DNA from: Sulfurimonas sp. | GTDB taxonomy: Bacteria > Campylobacterota > Campylobacteria > Campylobacterales > Sulfurimonadaceae | DNA: 64,000 bases | Direction of reading: 5' to 3' | NCBI RefSeq assembly: GCF_028714655.1 | Contig: NZ_JAQTLY010000013.1 | Location: 1,906 to 65,905, forward strand | Part shown: positions 19,140 through 27,738 of the stretch, piece after piece | Position numbering within the stretch: the first letter of the stretch is position 1 | How the letters are laid out: each line of letters starts with the position of its first letter | Position numbers and translations under genes: made by a program | The notes under the pieces: model-generated | What the model was told of the DNA's origin: nothing | What the model saw: the letters and a program-made list of their open reading frames with translations, nothing else | Database searches by the model: none

Positions 19140-20063
19140 ATGAATCTTTTTAGCTTTGAATATCCCTTTATCATACTGTTTTTAGCTCCGATAATGTACT
19201 GTATGTACAGATGCAAGGAGCAGATAAAACCTATATACTTTGTTCATCTGCACTTTTTATCTGCAAAAAAGAGTTTTTTAAAACTTGAGTGGCTTTTAAA
19301 AATAGCTATTTTTGTACTTTTGTGTCTCTCTCTTGCTTCGCCCATAGTCGTCGATAAGATAAATCCGTCAAACAGAGACGGAAAAGATATAGTCTTGGCA
19401 ATCGATGGGAGCGGTTCTATGAATGCGTCGGGGTTTGATGTTGATAAAGAGATGAGCAAAGAGGAGCGATTGAGCAGGTTTGAGATAGTAAAGATTATCG
19501 CAACAGATTTTATAAAAAAGAGAGAGAGTGACAATATCGGTGTAGTTTTGTACGGAGATTTTGCTTTTATAGCTTCGCCTATAACTTATGAAAAAGAGAT
19601 AGTAAGCGAGATGCTTAGCTATCTTTCTCATGGTATGGCGGGGCAAAACACGGCTATCGGCGAGGGAATTGCAATGAGTGTCCGTGCATTTAAGCACTCA
19701 AAAGCCAAAACAAAAATCATTATACTTCTAACGGACGGCGAGCATAACAGCGGCGATATTTCTCCAAAAGATGCAATAAAGTTAGCACAAGATGAAAATA
19801 TAAAGATATACACAATAGGTATGGGAAACAAAGGCGAGCCTGATGAGGCGCTTTTGAGAAAAATTGCCGATGAGAGCGGCGGAGAATTTTTTAGCGCGGA
19901 GTCTGCAAAAGAGTTAAAAAAGATTTATGAGAAGATTGATGAGATGGAGTCGTCAAAGATAAAGAGCAAAGAGTATCTTTTGAAAGATTTTTACTATTGG
20001 GTATTTTTGCTTTTAGCACTTGGGATTTTGTCCTATCTGCTTTATAGAGAGGTAAAAAAATGA
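19140..20063 (+). CDS. BatA-like vWA membrane protein (module 1)
   Basis: N-terminal TM (FEYP), MIDAS DGSGS, DNIGVVLYG, ASPITY, GQNTAIG and LLTDG. Confidence 0.85.
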   Translation: MNLFSFEYPFIILFLAPIMYCMYRCKEQIKPIYFVHLHFLSAKKSFLKLEWLLKIAIFVLLCLSLASPIVVDKINPSNRDGKDIVLAIDGSGSMNASGFDVDKEMSKEERLSRFEIVKIIATDFIKKRESDNIGVVLYGDFAFIASPITYEKEIVSEMLSYLSHGMAGQNTAIGEGIAMSVRAFKHSKAKTKIIILLTDGEHNSGDISPKDAIKLAQDENIKIYTIGMGNKGEPDEALLRKIADESGGEFFSAESAKELKKIYEKIDEMESSKIKSKEYLLKDFYYWVFLLLALGILSYLLYREVKK

Positions 20064-21484
20064 GCGTTTTGTATCCGCAATATTTTTGGCTTTTGCTTCT
20101 TCTCTTGCCGCTTTTTATAAAGAGAAATTTTAGAGAGTTTAGAGTTGTAGTCTATGGGTATATGCTGACTTTTGTTTTTATAGTAATTGCACTTAGCCGT
20201 CCCGTCATAGAACAAGAACCTATCGAGTCAAAACAGATGCTAAGCGATGTGATAATCGGGGTTGATTTGTCATACTCTATGCAGACAAACGATATCGAAC
20301 CTACAAGACTTCTCTTTGCGAAAGAGATGTTAAAGAAGTTGGTTGAGAAAGAGCAAAAGAGCAGATTCGGCGTTCTCGGCTTTACTACAAATGCTATTGT
20401 TTTATCCCCGATGACGGAAGATAAAGAGCTTCTTCTTCATCTTTTTGCCTCTCTTGATGAAAAACTCATTATCACGAAAGGCAGCAGCGTTATGTCTGCG
20501 TTGGAGCTTTCAAGAAAGATGTCAAACTCAAAAAAAGCTACGGTCGTACTCTTTAGCGACGGAGCGGATGAGCTTGGTTATGAGTCCGAAGCCGTCTTTG
20601 CTAAAAAGAACAATCTTGTAGTAAACATTTTTATGACTGCTTCAACAATGGGCGGAACGATGAAGCTTGAGGGCGGAGAGCTTTTAAAAGATGAACTCGG
20701 AGATATCGTAGTAAGCAGGGAAAACAGCGCGATTAAAGAGATTTCAGATGCTACGGGCGGAGTTTATACAAAAGATTTTGATAAGCTTCTTGATGCGTTA
20801 GCGGCTCAAAAATCAAAAGACAAAGAGAGCAAAACAACGATAGTTAGAAATCTGGAACTTTTTTACTATTTTATTGTTTTGGCAATTATTATATTTTTAC
20901 TGAGCGTGACGACTCTAAAAAGATTTGTCGTGGCTTTTTTGCTCTTTTTTGGCGTACATCTAAGTGCAAATCAAAATATGGAATTTTTCAATAAAGCGAC
21001 AGAGCTTTACAGAAGCGGCGAGTATGAAAAAGCGCTTGAAAATTATGAAAGAGTAAAATCAAATGACCCGCAAACAAAATCAATCGTTTACTATAATATC
21101 GCCAATTCGCTAGTCAGGCTTCAAGAGTTTAAAAAAGCAAGAGAGGCGTATATCAAATCTTTGACGCTTTTTTACTCTAAAGAGGCAGACGAAAATTTGG
21201 AGTTTATCAGGGATGTAGGTGATAAAAAAGAGATGAGTACGGGGCAACAGCAGAGCAAAGATAAATCGGCGCTTGCCAAAAAAGAGCAAAACTCGCAAAA
21301 GCAAAAAGAGGGCGGCGGTTCAAATATGAATGTAAGTGCGCAAGCCGGCAGCGGAACAGATGATAAGGGTAAAAAAGCAGAGTCTCAGAGTCGGGTGGAT
21401 TTAAACGGCGGCAAAGCAAAACTTAGCTCAAAACAGTATGAACTTATAAATAAGAGGAAAGTAGATGAAAAAAAACCTTGGTAG
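20060..21484 (+). CDS. BatB/BatC-like vWA + TPR protein (module 1)
   Basis: MIDAS DLSYS, DIEPTRL, LFSDG, TPR (YYNIANSLVRLQEFKKAREAY), Q/K-rich linker, C-terminal KPW. Confidence 0.82.
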   Translation: MSVLYPQYFWLLLLLLPLFIKRNFREFRVVVYGYMLTFVFIVIALSRPVIEQEPIESKQMLSDVIIGVDLSYSMQTNDIEPTRLLFAKEMLKKLVEKEQKSRFGVLGFTTNAIVLSPMTEDKELLLHLFASLDEKLIITKGSSVMSALELSRKMSNSKKATVVLFSDGADELGYESEAVFAKKNNLVVNIFMTASTMGGTMKLEGGELLKDELGDIVVSRENSAIKEISDATGGVYTKDFDKLLDALAAQKSKDKESKTTIVRNLELFYYFIVLAIIIFLLSVTTLKRFVVAFLLFFGVHLSANQNMEFFNKATELYRSGEYEKALENYERVKSNDPQTKSIVYYNIANSLVRLQEFKKAREAYIKSLTLFYSKEADENLEFIRDVGDKKEMSTGQQQSKDKSALAKKEQNSQKQKEGGGSNMNVSAQAGSGTDDKGKKAESQSRVDLNGGKAKLSSKQYELINKRKVDEKKPW

Positions 21485-22583
21485 GGTATTTCTAGCAATA
21501 TTGATATTTTTACATGCAGAACTTTTTGCCTCGACTTATACATGGAGCGCAACTTCAAATAAAACGACTGCTTATGTAAACGAGCCTATCTATCTCAAAT
21601 ATATTTGCGAATTTAGTGACCGTGCGGAACTTTTTAGCGTAGAGTTTAATCCGGCAGGCGAGTATGAAAAATATATAGTAAAAAATCTAAGAGAGAGTCA
21701 AAATATAGTTGACGGTAAAAAAATAAACAGCTACGAGTTTGTTGTATTTGCCAAAACGGCAGGGAAGATAAAGTTTGATTTTGAAGCTCTGATGAAGCTC
21801 ACTACCAAAGAGTCTATAGAAGATATGGTAATCGGCAGAGATAATGTAAAAAAAGAGTCGGTTACAAAAAAAACTATTAAACAAGAAATTTTAGAAGTAG
21901 ATATAAAAGAGACAAATAGCTCTTTGGTCGGGGAATTTAATCTTGAAGTTAAGAAAAATGAGCCAAAAGTCAAAGCAAATGAGCCGTATCATCTAACTAT
22001 AACAATAAAAGGCGACGGAAATTTTGAAGCTTTAAAACCGCTGCAGTTTAACATAGAGGGTGTGAAGATTTTTACGGGCGAGGTTGTAAAAAAAGAGAAG
22101 TTAAGCGAAGCGGGCGAGAGCGGAGAGTGGAGTCAAAAATTTGCTTTTGTAGGCGAGAAAGACTTTATCGTTCCCGAATTTAAGATAGAGTATTTTAACA
22201 CCAAAGAGAAAAAACTAGATGCTTTGGTATATGAAGCGCTAACCGTAAGCGTTGAAAAAGGATTTAGCAAAGAGGAACTGCTTGATAAGGCAGAGGATGA
22301 CAGTTTTAAATTTAACTACACTTATCTATACTATGTATTGATTTTTATAGCCGGTTTTTTGATAGGAAAAATAGATATAAAAAAGAGGGTTGTAAAACAG
22401 AGTGCAGAGGAAGAGTTTAAACAAAAGATAGACAAGGCAAAATCTCTTGAAGAGCTTATGATGATTTTAGCGTTAAATGATTCAAAAAAATATGAACAGA
22501 TAATCTTGGATATCGAGAGAAAAAAAATCGTGTCGTTAAAGAGTGCAAAGAATACTAAGCCACTAAGTGAGAGTTTTGTTTGA
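21465..22583 (+). CDS. BatD-like protein (module 1)
   Basis: Signal peptide, beta-rich repeats, GEFNLEV...TITIKGDGNF and a C-terminal TM; follows the vWA pair. Confidence 0.7.
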   Translation: MKKNLGRVFLAILIFLHAELFASTYTWSATSNKTTAYVNEPIYLKYICEFSDRAELFSVEFNPAGEYEKYIVKNLRESQNIVDGKKINSYEFVVFAKTAGKIKFDFEALMKLTTKESIEDMVIGRDNVKKESVTKKTIKQEILEVDIKETNSSLVGEFNLEVKKNEPKVKANEPYHLTITIKGDGNFEALKPLQFNIEGVKIFTGEVVKKEKLSEAGESGEWSQKFAFVGEKDFIVPEFKIEYFNTKEKKLDALVYEALTVSVEKGFSKEELLDKAEDDSFKFNYTYLYYVLIFIAGFLIGKIDIKKRVVKQSAEEEFKQKIDKAKSLEELMMILALNDSKKYEQIILDIERKKIVSLKSAKNTKPLSESFV

Positions 22584-23274
22584 TATAGTAACTTAGCAAA
22601 TACTCTATTGCTTTTTGGATATTATTACTATCGTAAAACCGGATCATTACCTGATTAAATTCCAATTTGTCTTTAGCTTTGATATTTAAGATAGGATAGC
22701 CATTGTCTAAAAGTATCCCATTCATCATTAACCTTGATGTTCTTTTGTTGCCATCGAAGAAAAATTGAGATTTTGCACCAAATAAAAAGTATGTTATAGC
22801 TCTAATTATTGGATGATTTATCTTTTTTATCTCAGTTGTTCCATTTTCAAATATAGTATCAAGTTCGGATGCTTTTGGCGGTATATAGTCTGTTCCGCCT
22901 ATATTTACTCCACTTGTTCTAAACTCTCCCCAAGTGATAGCTTCTTCTTGTGCAACTTTACTATGAAGTTTCAAAAGTGTGGGCTTGTCTAAAGCAAACT
23001 CATTTTTTTCTATCAGTTCAAAGAGTAGATTGACACTTCTATTTTGATTGAGTATCTGTTGCTCATCGCTTAATTTGTGTCCACCTACAGTTACACCCTC
23101 AAGAAGTGTCTGCACCTCCGGAAAAGTCATAGCATTTCCCTCAAGCGCTGAAGTGTTATAGATAAAGTCTATTTTGTCTTTTTTTGCTAGCATAAACGAC
23201 AAATTTTTATTTGGTATAAAAATATTTAGATTTGTTGTGTCTATATTATTGACGATATTACTATTTATTTGCAT
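22555..23274 (-). CDS. Fic/Doc-family protein with atypical active-site motif
   Basis: YNTSALEGN inhibitory-type motif, GEFRTSGVNIGG flap, and QFFFDGNKRTSR at the Fic motif position. Confidence 0.85.
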   Translation of the reverse strand: MQINSNIVNNIDTTNLNIFIPNKNLSFMLAKKDKIDFIYNTSALEGNAMTFPEVQTLLEGVTVGGHKLSDEQQILNQNRSVNLLFELIEKNEFALDKPTLLKLHSKVAQEEAITWGEFRTSGVNIGGTDYIPPKASELDTIFENGTTEIKKINHPIIRAITYFLFGAKSQFFFDGNKRTSRLMMNGILLDNGYPILNIKAKDKLEFNQVMIRFYDSNNIQKAIEYLLSYYIKQNSHLVA

Positions 23275-23484
23275 GTTATATTACCTCCAAATATCCACTT
23301 TTGCGGCTTCGTGCCAAATACGCTTATCCATTTTATATACTTATATCTCTTTAATAAGTCCATTCGGTATTGTATAATAGTAATATAAATATGCAGAGAG
23401 TAAGTTTTTCTGATACAATTTATATACTGCGATATTATAGAAAAAGCATATAATATCGTTTTGATTTTAATAAAAGGTTTTTTT

Positions 23485-24243
23485 ATGAAAAAGATTGGTA
23501 GCGTTTTTACTTTATTGACGGCAGTCGGTATCACGGTTTTGGGTTTGAGCTTGGGCGGGTGCAGTGCTATGGATACTGCAATTAAAAAAAGAGATTTGGA
23601 TGTTCAGACTAAAATGTCCGAGACTGTATTTTTAGAGCCGGTAGCACCGGATAAGAGAGTCGTTTATTTTGATATCAGAAACACATCCGACAAAGAGATG
23701 AATGTAAAAGAGAACATAATATCTGCTTTTAAAAGCAGAGGGTATCGCATTACCGAAGATCCTAAAGAAGCAACTTATATGCTTCAGGGAAATATCTTAA
23801 AGGTAGGCAAATCTAACCTTAAAGAGGCGCAATTACATCTTGGCTCCGGTTTTGATGCGGGGTTAACGGGTGCAGCCGTAGCAGGTGGAGCCTCATATGC
23901 ATTAGGCGGAAGCAACCGAGGTACCGCTGGAGCGGCTTTAGCCGGAGCTGCTATAGGTTTTGTGGGTGATGCTTTGGTTACGGATGTTATGTATGTTATG
24001 GTTACGGATTTGCAGATTCGTGAAAGACCGTTAGAGGGTGAGGTTGTTACTCAAACGCAAAAAGCATATTTGGAACAAGGAAGTTCAACTACTACAAAAC
24101 AAGATATCAAAGGCGGAAAAGTGGAGTGGAAAACATATCGTACCCGTATAGTCAGTACCGCAAACAAGATGAATCTTGAGTTTGAAGAGGCAAAACCGGT
24201 TCTTGAGAATGCATTGGCAAAATCAATCTCAGGAATTTTTTAA
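23485..24243 (+). CDS. traT: TraT-family outer-membrane lipoprotein
   Basis: Lipobox LGGC, KKRDLDVQTKMSETVFLEP, IRNTSDK, glycine zipper, YVMVTDLQIRER and TRIVSTANKMNLEFEEAKP. Confidence 0.85.
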   Translation: MKKIGSVFTLLTAVGITVLGLSLGGCSAMDTAIKKRDLDVQTKMSETVFLEPVAPDKRVVYFDIRNTSDKEMNVKENIISAFKSRGYRITEDPKEATYMLQGNILKVGKSNLKEAQLHLGSGFDAGLTGAAVAGGASYALGGSNRGTAGAALAGAAIGFVGDALVTDVMYVMVTDLQIRERPLEGEVVTQTQKAYLEQGSSTTTKQDIKGGKVEWKTYRTRIVSTANKMNLEFEEAKPVLENALAKSISGIF

Positions 24244-24269
24244 TTGAATGCTATAAGTAGTTGTCGAAT

Positions 24270-24332
24270 TAGATCCTGAATCAAGTTCATGATGACAAAT
24301 TTTCCGTCATTCCAGGCTTGACCTGGAATCTA
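24270..24332. repeat. REP-like palindromic doublet, family B core without outer TIRs
   Basis: TAGATCCTGAA-TCAAG-TTCATGATGAC ... CGTCATTCCAGG-CTTGA-CCTGGAATCTA. Confidence 0.8.
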
Positions 24333-24447
24333 ATTTATGATTTAATCAGAGATTTCAATTTTTATGGAGCTGTTTTGTTATTATATAAATATTCTTACTT
24401 TTTTTTCTTATAAATTTCTTCTTTTAGTTAATAATAATTTATTAAAA

Positions 24448-24456
24448 TGTTATAAT
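24448..24456 (+). promoter_or_regulatory. Extended -10 promoter for the CsgG-like/LPP20 pair
   Basis: TGTTATAAT (TGnTATAAT) 25 nt upstream of the ATG, behind a long AT-rich stretch. Confidence 0.5.
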
Positions 24457-24481
24457 AAAAATAGTATAAAAAAGGCTTTTT

Positions 24482-25486
24482 ATGATTAAAATTTTTAAGA
24501 TTTTATCGTTATTTTTAATTTTAATCATAAGCGTCGGATGTTCACAAAAAGTTACTATCCGTGCGCTTGAACCATCCGAAATAGACCGCGCTGCATCGAC
24601 AAAAAAGCTTAGCGTAGCCGTGTTTGAACATGACAGAGTAGGGCTTTCAGACAAGATAGAGGCAAATCTCGCAAATCAAAAAATCGATAACAAAAACTAT
24701 TTTACTATGATCAACAGAAAAAATTTTGACAAAATAATAGCTGAACAAAAGATACAAAACAGCGGTCTTGTGGATATCTCAACTGCCGCTCAGGTCGGTA
24801 ATTTGCTGGGTGCAGAGGCAATAATCTCCGGCAGTGTCGGCAGAGTGGCTTCAAATGATACGCACTATTTGGAGACTCGCTTAAGATGTGCGGACAATAA
24901 GTGCAAAGAGCTGGTTCCTTATAATGTCGGGTGCACAAAAAGAGAAGTCGCTTTATCTGCGGAAGTTCGTATGGTTGATGTTGCAAAAGGCGATATTATC
25001 TATGCCGATACGATGAGCAAAACATCTCAGTGGTCGCATTGCAGCGATGATTCTAACCCTTTGCCATCAACGGAGATGGCGGCACAAAAATTAGCTTCTA
25101 CTATTGCAGCAAATTTTGCATACAAATTAACACCGCATTATCGTTATTTTGAGGTTGTTTTACTGGAAAAGCCGGATATAAAGTACAACGACAGAGAGGA
25201 TAAACTCTTGGATGTCTCTTTGGAGTACATTAAGCAAGACAGGTTTGACAAAGCGGAAAAATTTCTTATTGATTTGATTGATTCTACGGGGCAGAAAAGT
25301 TATGTTCCTTTCTATAATTTGGGTGTTATAAAAGAGGCGAACGGCAAATATGCAGAGGCGCAAAAATATTATAAAAGGGCAGACGAGCTGATGATAAAAC
25401 CGGTAGGCGAGATAAGCCAAGCATGTCTTAGGATTGAAGATTTGATAGAAAAAAACAACAGAGCCAAAGAGCAGTTGACAAAGTAG
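24482..25486 (+). CDS. CsgG/HfaB-like lipoprotein with C-terminal TPR
   Basis: Lipobox SVGC; CsgG-type core (MINRKNFDKIIAEQKIQNSGLVD...VGNLLGAEAIISGSV; VRMVDVAKGDIIY); TPR (FYNLGVIKEANGKYAEAQKYY). Confidence 0.7.
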   Translation: MIKIFKILSLFLILIISVGCSQKVTIRALEPSEIDRAASTKKLSVAVFEHDRVGLSDKIEANLANQKIDNKNYFTMINRKNFDKIIAEQKIQNSGLVDISTAAQVGNLLGAEAIISGSVGRVASNDTHYLETRLRCADNKCKELVPYNVGCTKREVALSAEVRMVDVAKGDIIYADTMSKTSQWSHCSDDSNPLPSTEMAAQKLASTIAANFAYKLTPHYRYFEVVLLEKPDIKYNDREDKLLDVSLEYIKQDRFDKAEKFLIDLIDSTGQKSYVPFYNLGVIKEANGKYAEAQKYYKRADELMIKPVGEISQACLRIEDLIEKNNRAKEQLTK

Positions 25487-25491
25487 GATGC

Positions 25492-26502
25492 GTGGCAAAT
25501 AAATTTTTTTCCGTAATAATTTTAATAATCGGCTTACTTTTTCTATCCGGCTGTTTATCCAAAAAAGAGGTTGATTTAACCCAAAAAAAAGTGCTTCCCT
25601 CTTGGTATGCAAATCCTCCGCAAACAACGCCTGCAACACTCTACGCAACGGGTGAGGGTGAAGATAGGGATGATGCCGTGGCAAATGCGCTAAGTATGAT
25701 GGCTTCAACCCTAAGCGTATCCATAGCATCGCAATTTAGCTCAAAAAAAGTTGTAAAAGAGGGTTTGGAAAACAGCATCAGTTCAACCGTTTCAAACGAG
25801 GTTCAAAGCGATGTTAAAAAAATCCGTATCAGCCATTATGAAATTCTTAACTCTTGGGAACTCGGGTTTAAAAAATATATAGTTTTAATCAAATCCGATA
25901 AACAAAAGCTCTTTGAGAGTATGAAAAACGAGTTGGAACAAAAATTTGCTTTTATAGAGAGCGAGATAAAACAGTCTCAAAAATATAATGCGCTAGAGCA
26001 GTTAAATAGCTACAAAAAAGCAAAAGCCGATACGAATGATGTACCGAATATATTAACCGTAATGAATGTTTTAAACGGCACTTTTGATGCAAGAGAGTAT
26101 ATCGGCAAGATGGAGATGATAGAGAGCCGTTACGGTACTTTGCTTGCATCTATTACCGTGAGTATAGAGTGTGATGCCGAGTCAAAAAATTTAGAAGCAC
26201 CGATAAGAGAGGGACTTGGTTTAAAAAAAGTGCAAATCAAAAACGGCAGCGGTGAAAAACACTTTTATATAACGGTATCTTCAAATATCCAAAAAGCATC
26301 TTCATACGGATTTGCGCTTGCACGCTCTGCTATAGAGATAACCGTAAAAGATTATAAAAACTCTGTTATAGGAAGCAAAAAGTTAAATATCACTGGGCAA
26401 TCTACGCAAGGTTATGAGATAGCTAAAGAGAGTGTTGCCGTAAAATTCGGTGAGATGATAAAAAAAGAGGGTGTAGGTAAAGTTTTGGGACTTGATTTGT
26501 AG
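25492..26502 (+). CDS. LPP20-domain lipoprotein
   Basis: GTG start, lipobox LSGC, LPSWY...YATGEGEDRDDAVANALSMMA typical of the LPP20 family. Confidence 0.72.
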   Translation: MANKFFSVIILIIGLLFLSGCLSKKEVDLTQKKVLPSWYANPPQTTPATLYATGEGEDRDDAVANALSMMASTLSVSIASQFSSKKVVKEGLENSISSTVSNEVQSDVKKIRISHYEILNSWELGFKKYIVLIKSDKQKLFESMKNELEQKFAFIESEIKQSQKYNALEQLNSYKKAKADTNDVPNILTVMNVLNGTFDAREYIGKMEMIESRYGTLLASITVSIECDAESKNLEAPIREGLGLKKVQIKNGSGEKHFYITVSSNIQKASSYGFALARSAIEITVKDYKNSVIGSKKLNITGQSTQGYEIAKESVAVKFGEMIKKEGVGKVLGLDL

Positions 26503-26558
26503 TTTTTTTCACTTATTATTAACACCGTTTTGATATACTCCGAGAATAAAAGTAGTAA

Positions 26559-26747
26559 TAGACTTCTTGCATAACTAAAAAAAATAGATTCCAAAGCAAG
26601 TTTGGAATGACGAAGTTGTCAAGTTTGAAATGACGAGATTTCAGAGTTTCCGTCATCTTTGGAATGGCGAGATTTATGACTTTTCGTCATCCTGAACTCG
26701 CGTGCCCTTTGGGTATGATTTGGAATCTTTGGTTTGAAAGAAATTTA
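26559..26747 (-). mobile_element. MITE-like composite repeat, family B (189 bp, inverted, internally expanded)
   Basis: Begins TAGACTTCTTGCATAAC and ends GGTTTGAAAGAAATTTA (reverse complement of the 12250 left end); contains GATTCCAAA..TTTGGAATGAC and CGTCATCCTGAAC hairpins. Confidence 0.72.
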
Positions 26748-26774
26748 ATAAAATAATAAACAAGGTTACAATTT

Positions 26775-27722
26775 ATGATTTCAAAAATAGAGTTGATAAA
26801 AAAAGAGGTTTCAAAGGTTGTCGTAGGTCAAGAGAAGATGATAGATGCTCTTCTTATCGGGCTGTTGTGTGAGGGGCATATCCTTATAGAGGGTGTTCCG
26901 GGGCTTGCAAAAACTACGACGGTCAATGCACTTGCTCAAAGCTTGGGACTTAACTTTAAACGCGCCCAATTTACTCCCGACTTGCTTCCCTCAGACATAC
27001 TCGGAGCAGAGATTTACGATCCGCAAAGCAATAGTTTTAAAATCAAAAAAGGTCCTATTTTTACAAATCTGCTCTTAGCAGACGAGATAAACCGCTCTCC
27101 CGCAAAAGTCCAATCCGCACTTCTTGAAGTTATGCAGGAGAAGCAAGTTACGCTCGGCGATACTTCGTTTAAGTTAGAACCTCCGTTTTTTGTTATGGCG
27201 ACTCAAAATCCGGTTGAACAAGAGGGAGTTTACCAGCTTCCGGAAGCTCAACTCGATAGATTTATGTTAAAACTTATAGTCGATTACAATACAAAGGCGC
27301 AAGAGTTAGAGATCGCCAGAAGAATTTCAAGCGGCAATTTTGAGACGATTCATAGTGTTATTACACATGATGATTTGGAAGAGTTAAAAAAAGCAGTAAA
27401 AGCCGTGCATGTAGATTCGCAGGTTGAAGAGTATATGATAGAGCTTGTAAACGCAACGAGAAATCCTGAGGAGTACGGACTTGGAGAGATAAAAAACTAT
27501 ATCCAGTTCGGTGCATCGCCTCGTGTGAGTATCGATATGTTTAAAGCCGTAAAAGCTATGGCATATTTAAGAGGAAAAGATTTTGTAACGCCTGTCGATG
27601 TGGCTTTCATCGCAAAAGAACTTATGCGTCACCGTATTGTTTTAACCTATGAGGCAGAGGCGGAGGGTATTACGACCGATGAGATTATACAGAGAGTTTT
27701 AGAAACCGTAGCAATACCGTAA
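26775..27722 (+). CDS. moxR: MoxR-family AAA+ ATPase
   Basis: LIEGVPGLAKT (Walker A), AQFTPDLLPSDI, LLADEINRSPAKVQSALLEVMQE, ATQNPVEQEG and EAQLDRF. Confidence 0.95.
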   Translation: MISKIELIKKEVSKVVVGQEKMIDALLIGLLCEGHILIEGVPGLAKTTTVNALAQSLGLNFKRAQFTPDLLPSDILGAEIYDPQSNSFKIKKGPIFTNLLLADEINRSPAKVQSALLEVMQEKQVTLGDTSFKLEPPFFVMATQNPVEQEGVYQLPEAQLDRFMLKLIVDYNTKAQELEIARRISSGNFETIHSVITHDDLEELKKAVKAVHVDSQVEEYMIELVNATRNPEEYGLGEIKNYIQFGASPRVSIDMFKAVKAMAYLRGKDFVTPVDVAFIAKELMRHRIVLTYEAEAEGITTDEIIQRVLETVAIP

Positions 27723-27738
27723 GCCAAAGTATACAGAT

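Noticed and set aside
23401-23435. Possible sigma28 promoter (CGATAT) upstream of traT
   Set aside because: The -35 match is weak, and a sigma70 TATAAT lies closer to the gene.
25160-25729. 189-aa antisense ORF over the CsgG-like/LPP20 genes, and the many other 60-160 aa antisense or alternate-frame ORFs in the track
   Set aside because: They lie fully inside well-supported genes and have no RBS or recognisable motifs; they are shadow ORFs.
26412-26594. 60-aa ORF starting inside the MITE (MESIFFSYARSL...)
   Set aside because: It starts within the repeat, runs antisense into the LPP20 gene and has no RBS; used only as a description of the TIR.
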